From Elsinoe ampelina (taxonomy: Eukaryota): 64,000 nucleotides of DNA. Every line of letters begins with the position of its first letter. Positions within the stretch are counted from its first letter, which is position 1. The position numbers were made by a program, and so were the translations under genes. The notes below the pieces were generated by a model that worked only from the letters and a program-made list of their open reading frames with translations, was not told the DNA's origin and did not search any database. The stretch covers positions 1,793,583-1,857,582 of the forward strand of contig ML992501.1 in assembly GCA_010093995.1 (NCBI GenBank), in the 5' to 3' direction. Positions 37,180-47,330 of this stretch are shown here, in pieces.

Positions 37180-39046
37180 ATGTTTTCTCTCCTAGCGGCT
37201 GGCGCGCTCCTGGCGCAGACTGCGCTTGCAGGTCCGTTTCTGACGCAGCTCAACACCACGACGTGGGTGATTGGGAATGATCTGTGGAATATGACGCAGA
37301 ATGAGAAGTATGGGACCAAGCTGTGGTACAAGGGGAAAGATCTGGTGGGGAATGCGGTCGGGCATTATACGAGTTACAGTCTGTCTTCTGTGCTGTGACT
37401 GTGTCAAGACGCGTGCTGACCTTCTAAAGACGGTGCGAGGAATGACCTCGCCTGGACCTCAGCCAAGATCGCCCTGGAAACAGAGGACTACATCGACGTC
37501 CAATTCGACGCGGTGGAAGGAGAGATGCACTGGGTCATCTGGAACGACTTGCCAGGAGCGTACCAATACTTCGTCAACCGCGCCCTGCCGAATCTAGGCG
37601 AGTTCAGAACACTCTGGCGACTAGACAACGAGACATTCCCCCGTGGCCGAACAGACATCAAAGACGGCATACTCCCAGCATTGGCAGAGTAACGCGCCGC
37701 GACCAACGTGCAAGACGAAACATGGCAAAAAGCCGACGGGACATATCTAACAAAATACGACTGGAGCGCCTTCATCCGCACGCAAGACTACTACGGCGTC
37801 TACGGCCCCGAATTTGGAAGCTGGTACATCGTACGCCCCCCCCTCGTCGCATCCCCATCGCCTCCTCTCCCCTTTCTCCCTTCCCCATCTCCCCTCCCCC
37901 CCCCTCCCCTGTTCCCCCCACTGACCCCACCCCCCTTAGAACCCAGGCAAAGACTACTACAACGGCGACCACCTCAAACAAGAACTGATGATCCACCGCG
38001 AATCCCAAACCGGCGACGCCGTCCAACTCAACATGATCCACGGCACCCACTTCCAGGCCTCGTCCAACGACGCCTTCGCCGACGGCAAACTCTGGGGTCC
38101 CTGGCTGTGGTACCTAAACGACGGCTCCCTCGCGGACGCCGCGGCGCGGTCGGACCAGGAATCCGCCGACTGGCCGTACGCTTGGTTCCAGGACGAGGGG
38201 TACCGGTCCCGCGTGCGGATCGTGTCCGGGAGCCTGACGCTGTCCGACGGCAGGCCGGCGGCGGGCGCGGCCGTGTTTCTCGGGGATAGCGATTCGAATT
38301 TGTCGTCGTTGGATCAGGGGAAGGGGAATTACTACACCACGTACGCTGATGGAGAGGGGCGGTTTGTTTTTCCGCAAGTCCTGACGGGGATCTATGGGTT
38401 GCAGGCCTGGGCCAATGGCGGGGCGATCGGTGATGTTTTGGGCAGGTTTGTCGAGGATGACATCGATCTCTCCACGCCTGGCGAGGGGCAGGATCTGGGG
38501 GAGTTGGTCTGGCAGCTGCCCGAGGGACGGAAGCGGATCTTCCAGGTTGGTGCGTCGGATCGGAGGAGTTTGGGGTTCAAGTATGGCGGGGCGCCGTATG
38601 AGCATGGTCTTGTGGCGAAGTGTCCTGCTAATCTCACCTTTACGGTCGGGCAGAGTGCGACGGAGGAGTGGTGTTTCGGCCAGTCGGCGCTGGGGACGTG
38701 GAGTATTGCGTTTGATTTGGGGGCGGAGGAGTTGACGGGGGCCGGGAACCGGTCGGCGTTGTTGAGTGTGAGTTTGGCGGGGTATAGTCAGGGGACTTCA
38801 AGCAGCATTTTCGTGAACGGGGGCCAAGGGGGAAGTGCTAAGGTCGGGAACTTGACGACAGGAAGTATCCCGAGCGATCAGTGTTTGTATAGGAGTGCGA
38901 CGCAGGCGGGCGAGTGGCACTTCTTTGAGTTCCCGGTGGCGAGGGCGTTGTTGAAGGAAGGGAGGAATACTGTGAGTTTTATAGTGGAGAGGACGACCTT
39001 GTGGAGGGGTTTCCTGTGGGACAGCATTGTGTTGGAGTGGGTGTAA
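37180..39046 (+). pseudogene. Rhamnogalacturonan lyase (polysaccharide lyase family 4) with in-frame premature stop
   Basis: Signal peptide; YQYFVNRALPNLGEFRTLWRLD, VQDETW...TKYDWS, NPGKDYYNGDHLKQELM and WGPWLWYLNDGS motifs; introns 37379-37429 and 37831-37939. TAA at 37690-37692 lies inside exon 2. Confidence 0.8.
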
Positions 39047-39252
39047 GTGCAGACAGAGACGTATAAATCTCGATTGTTGCCAGGGATGACCCATCTGTGA
39101 CTGCAATGCGGTAGAATCGTCTGTTTCGACGTTGAAAGCATCAGCACCTCCATCTCGCGCTGGACGAGCCTATGGCATGTGATCGAATATAGTCGAGGCC
39201 GAGGCTAGAGTCGTAGGGGGTCCATGGCAGGAAGTCCGTCGCAGGAGAACTC

Positions 39253-41273
39253 TCACAGCTTCGCCTCCCTCCCGACGCCCTCTCTTGCTTCAATCACAGC
39301 ACCCAACCACCCCTCTCCAACATCCTCCCCCTCTTCCACGTCCATAACCCATTTTACCACACCCGACCGATGCGCTCTCACCTCCAGCTCCATCTTCATC
39401 TGTCTCACAACAAACAACGTCTCACCTTCGCTGACCTCATCACCTCCATCAACAAGGACTTCGACCAGCTTTCCAGCGAAGGGAATTGGCACGTGAGTTC
39501 TGTTTCTCACATCTGCTCGAGGTCTCGACGAAGCAGATGCTGCAGCCGAGGCGGACATGGAAGTCTGCTGTATGGCGAGTCGATAAGGTTTCGACTCGGA
39601 AGTGCTGCCTGACGTGGGCGTGACGGCAACTTCGGCCGAGAGAGAAGAGGGAAAGTCGTTCTTGAGGAGCTTGGTGAGGTGTAGGTGGTAGGACTGGGGA
39701 TCCGTGGCTGATTTCCCGAGTGGGTCCAATGTGACGCTCCAGGCGTCGTCTTTGCGGAAGAGAAGTTGGGATGAAGATGGTACGGACGTAGATATCGAGG
39801 CGCTAGAGGTCTGGAAAAGGTCGGATCCGAACTTCTGGGCGTTGGAGGGGCGAGTGTTAGCGAGGAGGGCGGCTTGTTGAGATTCTAACCAGGTAGTTGT
39901 ACATTTGCCAGCGACGAAGTCAGGGTGAGCGATGATAGCTTTAAGGATCGGTATGTTCGTCTCTATGCCGGTGATACGAGTGTCTTCCAGTGCCCGTCTT
40001 GCCTTCTGGACCGCTGCAGACCAGCTAGAAGCATTGATTATTAGCTTCGCGATGAGGCTGTCAAAGTCCGCAGTCACTGATGCTGATATCCCATTGACGA
40101 TGTTCGTGTCACATCGCACGCCATTGCCAGACGGGAAGTGAGCAGATTGTATCTTGCCAACACTGAGCGACCAATTCTTCGTAGGATCCTCGGCCGTGAT
40201 GCGAAGCTGAATCGAATGTTGAGGTGGCGGCATCTCCGGGCTGCCGGCTATGTGAGACAGCCCGCTCTGTTCCAGGGACGCACCTTGTGCGATTTGCAAT
40301 TGTGCTCTCAAAATGTCTGTCGAGCAAATCGATTCGGTCACTGTGTGCTCAACCTGCAGCCGAGGATTGATTTCCAGAAAGTAGAAGTCTGAAGTGTCTG
40401 GGTTGACCAGGAACTCAAAGGTTCCCAACGACCTGTATTGAATGTGCTTTGCCATTCGTAGAGCTGATTCGATAACCCTACCGACCAGCTTCCGATCCTG
40501 TAGCGAGCTTGGTGCCAGTTCAACCACCTTCTGGTATCGCCTCTGAATGCTACACTCTCGCTCCCACATGTGAGTGATATTGCCCTGATGATCACCAACA
40601 ATTTGGACTTCGATGTGTCGGTAGCCCGATATGGCGGCCTTTTCGACAAAGACTTGTCTAGATGGACTTTCCTCTATAGCTCGAGCAAGTAACCCGTCCA
40701 AAGAAGCTGGGTCTTGTACCAAGCGGATGCCACGCCCACCACCACCGTCGACAGCTTTGATCATGATAGGGAAGCCAGACTGTTGAGCAAAGGATTTGAC
40801 CACCGCAGGGTCATTCGTCGGTGTTGTAAGCGCTGGCAGTACTGGTACACCACATTCTTCCGCCAATCGTCGAGCTTGCAGCTTGTCTCCAGTACGATCC
40901 AGGATCTCAGTACCAGGCCCGATTACCATGACATTCACATCTGCCAGTCTTTTGGCAAACTCAGCCGATTCGGACAGGAAGCCATATCCAGGATGAACTG
41001 CATCGATGGAATGCTTCTGAACCAGCTTGAGCAACTCGTCAATGTCGAGATATGACCCAGGCCCGGTTAGCTCGACTGCATGGTCTGCATTGTAGGCGTG
41101 AGAGACATCTTCTCCGGTGTACAAAGCTACAGTCTCGATCTCGAGCTCGCGTGCAGCCGAGATTATTCTTGTCGCAATCTCTCCTCTGGACACGGTCAGT
41201 TGTCGTGAAGCATATCTGGCTTGAATGATCACCTGTTAGCCACCAGAAGTCTTTCGATAGGACGTGGTGACAT
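39253..41273 (-). CDS. Biotin carboxylase + biotin-carrier subunit of an acyl-CoA carboxylase, with PTS1 (AKL)
   Basis: MSPRPIERLLVANR|GEIA (intron 41186-41232), HPGYGFLSE, KAVDGGGGRGIR, RECSIQRRYQK, FLEINPRLQVEH, biotinylation motif QMKME, and C-terminal EAKL. Confidence 0.93.
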
Positions 41274-41411
41274 TGCAGCTTCCGATGGTGACAGCGAATC
41301 AGTTCTCGTCAGACATTCCTCATGGTTGTTGTAACATCCCCAACACGCTGACTGTAAGAGCAGTGCAGTGCACACGAGGAGCGAGGTCGAACAAACCCCA
41401 CTTCAAAGATG

Positions 41412-41431
41412 CCTCGGCTGAACGACCGAGG
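41412..41431. promoter_or_regulatory. Inverted FarA/FarB-type sites CCTCGG-N8-CCGAGG in a bidirectional promoter
   Basis: CCTCGG at 41412-41417 and CCGAGG at 41426-41431, near the middle of the 265-bp gap between the two carboxylase genes. Confidence 0.6.
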
Positions 41432-41538
41432 GGGAGATCCACGTTTAGTGAACCGACGACATCTCTACTTATCCATCTAACATGTTGCAATCCTGTACTT
41501 CATAGTCACTGGCGATATAGAAAATACGAGTTACAGTC

Positions 41539-43314
41539 ATGGCCAAAGACGACGACCCTTCCGACCCCCAAGTCGCCACCAACCCCACCACCACAGCCCA
41601 ATCCCGCGCCACCCAAATCTCCGCCCACATCGCCCCCTTTCCACCAGCAACAGTCAACACCCGCCGCCGCCGCCGCAGCAAAGCCTCCAAAGACGACCCA
41701 CCGGCCGACCACTCCGACATCCTCAACCAACTACACCAGCTGCGCACAATCGCCAAAACCCCCAACCCGCACCACCCAGGCTACTCCCGCCAGAAAGCCT
41801 CGGGCAAGCTGTGGGTGCGCGAACGAGTGACGCGCCTCTTCGACGCCGGCTCCTTCCGCGAAGTCGGCTCCGCGAGCGGGGACGTGACATGGCGCTCTCT
41901 TTCCGCGACGAAAGAAGAACCCGTCGACTTTGTCCCCAGCAACAACGTGCAAGGCTACGGCCGGCTCCGTGGGCGAAAGGTGCTGTTCACCGCCGATGAC
42001 TTCACCCTGCGCGCGGGGCACGCCGACGGCGCCATCGGTGCCAAGACCGTGTACATGGAGAAATTGGCGCTGGCGCTCAAGTTGCCCATGGTGAAGCTTG
42101 TGGACGGGAGTAGTGGTGGGGGATCGGTGAGTTCGATACGCGCGATGGGGTATAGCTATATTCCGCCGTTGGAGAGTTTCGAGTATGTGATGAAGCAGCT
42201 GAATCAGGGCATTCCGAACCTGGGGGCGGTATTGGGACCGGCGATCGGGTTGGGGGCTGCGAGGGTGGTGAGCTGTCATTTCTCGGTCATGGCGGCGGAC
42301 GTCGGGGCTTTGTTTAATGCGGGTCCGAAGGTGGTGGCCGGGGCGACGTTTGAGGAGGGACTGACGTTCAGGGATTTGGGCGGGCCGATGATGCATTGCA
42401 CGAACGGGACTATCGATAATCTGGCGAGGGATGAGGAGGAGTGCTTTGAGCAAATCAGGACGGTATTGGGATACCTGCCTGATTCGGGAGAGAAACTACC
42501 ACCAACAGTGGACGGGGAGGATGATGAGGATAGATTGAGCCCAGAATTGCGGGCGGCGATACCTCGCAAGCGTGAGAGGATGTTTGAGCCCAGGAAAATT
42601 ATCACCACTGTTGTCGACAAAGGCTCATTCTTCGAAATTGGTCGCCTTTGGGGGACGACAGTGATTGTGGGTCTTGCAAGACTAGCTGGTAGGCCAGTCG
42701 GAATCGTTGCCAACAACCCTGAGACGAATGCTGGAGCACTTGATGCAGCTGGATCCCAGAAGCTGACTCGACATCTGAAGTTCTTGGACATCTTCAACAT
42801 ACCTCTACTCCAATTCGTGGATGTTCCTGGCTACGCAGTGGGCACAGTAGCAGAGCGGACCGCCACGATGAGGTGGGGCGTCGAGTTGGCAAAGACCTAC
42901 TACGCCACTACCATGCCAATCTTCAGTGTCATCTTGAGGAGAGTCTACGGTGTAGCAGGTGGCGTCATGCTGGACTGTCGGGACCCCAGATTACGAGTGG
43001 CGTGGCCATCAGGCGAGTGGGGCTCATTGCCGTTGGATGGAGGTATTGAAGCAGGCCATGCAGCCGAGCTGAAGAAGATCGAGAAAGAGAAAGGAGAACA
43101 GGCCCGTAAGGACAGGTATAAGGAGCTGGACGACGAGTACAGGCGGCTCATGAGTCCGATCCGAACAGCGAATGCATTTGGAGTGGAGGAGATCATCGAC
43201 CCAGCGAGGACGAGACCGCTAGTATGCGAGTGGCTGAAGCACACCTACGATAATCTGCTGCCGATCAGAGTCCAGCAGCGGATAGCTGGGAAGCTGCAGC
43301 CTGTGTTCTCGTAA
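41539..43314 (+). CDS. Carboxyltransferase (beta) subunit of an acyl-CoA carboxylase
   Basis: GKLWVRERVTRLFD, DDFTLRAGHADG, EDLGG-like RDLGGPMMH, GLARLAGRPVGIVAN, FVDVPGYAVG and EEIIDPARTR motifs. N-terminal RATQISAHI resembles a PTS2. Confidence 0.92.
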   Translation: MAKDDDPSDPQVATNPTTTAQSRATQISAHIAPFPPATVNTRRRRRSKASKDDPPADHSDILNQLHQLRTIAKTPNPHHPGYSRQKASGKLWVRERVTRLFDAGSFREVGSASGDVTWRSLSATKEEPVDFVPSNNVQGYGRLRGRKVLFTADDFTLRAGHADGAIGAKTVYMEKLALALKLPMVKLVDGSSGGGSVSSIRAMGYSYIPPLESFEYVMKQLNQGIPNLGAVLGPAIGLGAARVVSCHFSVMAADVGALFNAGPKVVAGATFEEGLTFRDLGGPMMHCTNGTIDNLARDEEECFEQIRTVLGYLPDSGEKLPPTVDGEDDEDRLSPELRAAIPRKRERMFEPRKIITTVVDKGSFFEIGRLWGTTVIVGLARLAGRPVGIVANNPETNAGALDAAGSQKLTRHLKFLDIFNIPLLQFVDVPGYAVGTVAERTATMRWGVELAKTYYATTMPIFSVILRRVYGVAGGVMLDCRDPRLRVAWPSGEWGSLPLDGGIEAGHAAELKKIEKEKGEQARKDRYKELDDEYRRLMSPIRTANAFGVEEIIDPARTRPLVCEWLKHTYDNLLPIRVQQRIAGKLQPVFS

Positions 43315-43369
43315 GGGCAGGGTTATACATTTAGCCAACAGAGCATGCTCTACCCTACTTGAAAAGGTC

Positions 43370-44191
43370 CTACCAGCACAGTTCGAAGAATGGAACTTGC
43401 GGGCTGACGAGCCACCAATCACGGTGTCTTCGAGAAGACCTTTTGGCACAAGTCCTACATGATTGATCACTACCAGAATGGACACTTCAAGCTCCAATGA
43501 CTGATCTCGCCGCTGGCTGTGGCAACTCTTCTGGTAGGAGATCACACTGGAGGAGGCACATGAAGGACAAGCACTCGGCAACCTACGAGTACTTGCTCAA
43601 GTCGAATGAGACGCTGACAGCACTTCTCACTGCTGCGGCGACGACGACGGCTATTTGATGTAGGCGAGCTGGTAGTAACAGTATGGGATAACTATCAGTG
43701 TTGACACCGCTTATCACTGTGGCGGTAATATGAGAGATCGAGGTGCTAGGCAGCTGTCAGTCATGGCATTGAATTACTACCAGCATTGATATCGCTCGTC
43801 ACGGGAGCCAGTGATTGGAAAGATCGAAATGCTGGTGACCTGGTAGTACTAGCATGAGTCAGTTACCAGCTTTGAGGTCGATCAACACTGTAGTGGTGAG
43901 TTAGGAGAAGGAGGTGCTAGGCAGCTGGTAGTACTCGCACGAGACAACTACCAGCATTGATGACGATTTCCACTGGAGCAGCGATTTGAGAGGCGGATAT
44001 GCTGGTAATCTGGTAGTAACATCACGGGGTTGAAATTGGTGCTGGTAGTAAATGACGTCTGCTGGGCAATTGGACCTCGTCAGGCTGGACTGCAGAAGAG
44101 TCATGGTCGATCTTGGGCCATAGCATATACTACCAGGAATGTGGTCTCTGGACACTCTCCGGATGCAATGTAAGTTTCAAGGTCCTGGTAG
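43370..44191. repeat. Cluster of CTACCAG/CTGGTAG heptamers, including a degenerate ~170-bp duplication
   Basis: Twelve exact copies at 43370, 43470, 43531, 43669, 43777, 43840, 43925, 43948, 44010, 44042, 44130 and 44185. The blocks GAGGTGCTAGGCAGCTG, ACTACCAGCATTGAT and ATGCTGGT..CTGGTAGTA repeat at ~43740 and ~43911. Confidence 0.8.
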
Positions 44192-44282
44192 GACTGATGT
44201 CAAGAACACCAGGGGCTTGAGCAAGCGTCGCGTCTTACTAAGAGCATGTCGGTATAGAAGGGGTAAGAATCGGCTTGTAGAT

Positions 44283-44748
44283 GTTGAGCGTCCTCAGGCC
44301 TGAGATAGATCCTCAATTCTCACGGTTTTGCGAAGGTATCCAGAGACAATCCTATCGTACGTGAACGACCAGGTCCGAAGTAACGTCTCCAACTTCATGG
44401 CTTCATACAAGTTCCTGTGACTGCTTGGTACACCACGCCACATTCTATAGCTTGGACCTGGTCCAACAGAGGGCTTGAGTTTGCCCTGCCATCAGTTCCG
44501 GCCGGAAAACTCCTCTCAATTCTGAACGCACAACTCCTCAGCCTATTAGATGTCAATGTTTCTGAGACACTCGTCTGCTTCGTCTGCTTGACAGATCTCA
44601 CATGAGTCAAGCGGCCTCATATTCAATCTTGATTTCGATCGAAGGACTTCCCTTACTTTTCCATCCCACATGTCCTGCTATCTGTGGGAGAAATTCCGAT
44701 CGGAAATCTGTTGACTTTCCAGGCCTGAGAAAAGGCCTCGATTCCTCA
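44283..44748 (-). repeat. Reverse-oriented copies of the ~47-bp motif found at 46.7-47.1 kb
   Basis: The reverse complement of ~44690-44745 (gaatcgaggccttttctcaggcctggaaagtcaacagatttccgatcggaa) aligns with 46898-46947 and 47058-47095. Partial copies lie at ~44283-44317 and ~44496-44521. Confidence 0.75.
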
Positions 44749-45258
44749 TCTGTGCTACAATCTCAGACAGACCAACTCGTAATGAAGGCCTGGTAATACG
44801 ATCTTGAACATGCCGCTGTGTGGCACACCCATGGGAGTCCCAATACCTCTCGTTGATTACCGAGAGGAATCTCGCTCAGGACACAGCCGTGATTGGCAGA
44901 GAGGCTCGTAAAGCCCCGACAGCATTGTCAGTGATGCTGATAGTCTCAAAGCGAAATCTGTCAGCTTTGCTCTGTGTTCATTGACCATCGAAGGTGCATG
45001 AGCGTCACAAATTTGACCAGGTCGGAAAGCAGATCTCAAGAAATCATTGGCAATGCATCGATTAGATATGAAGAGGATCTCAATGCTGCTCGAGTAGGAT
45101 GCTGATCTAGTACGACAATGCTCCAGAGTGCTCTCATGCCATCACTACCAGCTTCCCTCACGCCGCCGCTGCACCCAGAGCTGTCAGTCCTGGTAGGAAA
45201 CCTCATTTTGTTACTACCAGCGTGCTGACCAGCGATAGTCACCGTCGAATCCGCCCCC

Positions 45259-46522
45259 TCAGATCCTACCCTTCGACCACTTGCGAAGATCCTCTGGCAC
45301 CCAATCGAGCGCCTCGCCGTCTTCGACCATGCCCTTGTAGACCTCCAAATGCTTGGTCTTGAAATGCTTCCTCATGTTCTGTGGATCGTTGAAGTCCTGC
45401 TCGCACTCATCGATCGCGACGAACCAGCATGGAACGCGGATATTGAGGTGAACTGCGTTGTAGTGCCTCATCATGTCCTTCTTGCTCATCCATTTGGTAT
45501 CACAGCCGGCGTGCTTGCAAGGTAGGTACTTGCCTCTCGCTTTCTCCTTCGCATGCCCGTCGTCCATATGCTTCTGCTTCATAGCTTGGAAGGCGGGGTC
45601 GTCAGCATGCTTGGCCTTATAGCGTGTTTGGCGGTCTTTGTCGGACTTGCGCTTCCTTGCAATTTTCTCCGCAAGATACGATGCATTCTTCTTGTCAAGA
45701 CCTTCGTAGCCGTTGGGGTCAAATAGAGCGCTGTGGGTGCAAAGACCATCGTATTCACGCTGAGTGAGATCGAAAGACACCAGGTGACCCATGTTGTAGT
45801 CCTTGTCCTTGGAATGCATGCCGCCAAACCTAAAGGTCAACTGAGCTTCCATGGACTTGTTGAGCAGGCGGAGAAGTGGTTCGTCGTCGCCATGAGGAAT
45901 ATCGTGCTTGTAGAGGACGCCGATATGTGTGATCTCGTAACCATCCTTGAGGGCCTCGAGAACCTTGACCGCAGTGCCGCGCTGCTGGACTGTCTGGTAG
46001 ACGTAGCCTCGTCTACCCAAGCCGGCCAGACCATGGACCTTGGAAGTACCCGTGACACCACCAATGTAAGCCTTATACCTCTAGCCTTTCTTCTCAAGGA
46101 TGACTGCGTAGCCACCCCAACCATCCCCGAGATTGTCAGGGTCCCAATCAAATTCCTCCGAGTTGGGGCTGAGGCCATCGCAGATCCATTTCGAGTTATC
46201 ATCCTGTTCTCGATGTCAGCACGCATCATGGAAGGTGACATTGAGTACTGACCTCTGAACGCTTCAAGCCCACGGGTCCGTTGAAGCCAGGCATTGAAGG
46301 CAATTGCTTGAAGAAAGTGAGTTCCGGGGGAGAGGTGGATTTGAGGTGGTCGATGACACCCGGGCTGACTTGTAGGTTGTCGATCATCTCGAAGGCCATT
46401 TCGACCTGGTCCTGTTCACCTAGATATTGCTCGAAGAAAATGTAAGGGCGGGTAGTCGTGGTGATGACTGAATGGCATCTTGCCTCGAAGAATTTTTGAT
46501 CTGCGTCACTGATGGGCTCCAT
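45259..46522 (-). pseudogene. GIY-YIG-like nuclease / C2H2 zinc-finger protein (~404 aa) with one in-frame TAG
   Basis: Exon 1 46253-46522, intron 46204-46252, exon 2 45259-46203. Reads WGGYAVILEKKG*RYKAYIGG...GLGRRGYVY...MEAQLTFRFGGMHSKDKDYN, followed by two C2H2 fingers. The stop is at 46081-46083. Confidence 0.7.
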
Positions 46523-46723
46523 GGTGGTCAAGTGAATGAGATGAGAGGCGAAAGGTATGATGATGGATCGTCCATATGAAGCGTGTGAAGTAGAAGAGGT
46601 GAACTTGGGGGAGAGTTGAGGTAAGGTCAACGCGTATGCCTCGAGCGCGCCTTCCTTGAGTGGCAAGGCTCACTTCGGAACCTCACATCCACATCAAGAC
46701 ATCGCATTCACCATAGATGAGAA

Positions 46724-47122
46724 ATTGAGCCTATATCCCAGGCCTGATTAGGAGAGTCTTCTGATCGGAGATTGAGGCTGTATTTCAGGCCTGAGAAGAG
46801 GAGAGTTTTCTGATCGGAAAAGAATGTAGTGAATATCAGGTTCCGTTTGCACGTGATTCGACTAATATCTCCCGAAAGACGATAGGAGATTTGCGAAATT
46901 CGAGGCGTTTCTTCAGGCCTGAGAAAAAGAGGATGTTCCGATCGGGAATTGAGATCTGGTTCAGACTGAGAGCATTTTTCTGGTCGTAAAAGAATATGGT
47001 AGATTTCAGGCCGTGATTCGAGCAATATCCCCTCAAAGACCATGGCGGAATTGCGAAATTTGAGGCCTTTCTTCAGGCCTGAGAAAAGTCAAGGGATTGA
47101 GACCTCCTTTCCGGCCGGAAAA
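46724..47122 (+). repeat. Higher-order tandem array of a ~47-bp motif (ATTGAG..TTCAGGCCTGAGA..TTCTGATCGGA)
   Basis: Units start near 46724, 46771, 46898, 46948, 47058 and 47096. Two related spacers (AAGAAT...CGTGATTCGA..AATATC.CC..AAAGAC...TTGCGAA) separate the pairs. Confidence 0.85.
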
Positions 47123-47330
47123 CCTCTGAACCTCCCCTAAGAACTGACGGCGAGGTAGATCAATAAGAGGAGAGCAGATGGTAAAGGTATACGTATAAGA
47201 CTCACACGATGCACCGTAGCCATGGCGAATGGACTGAGAATTGCATACCGATTCCATCTATACCATTCTTGACCTACACCTTGTGTCCTACCAGCCCCAA
47301 CCCACTCGACAGCCATCTCTACCAGCTCCC

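Noticed and set aside
46724..47122. CRISPR-like reading of the repeat/spacer array
   Set aside because: Eukaryotic context, degenerate repeats, spacers that are themselves related, and no cas genes.
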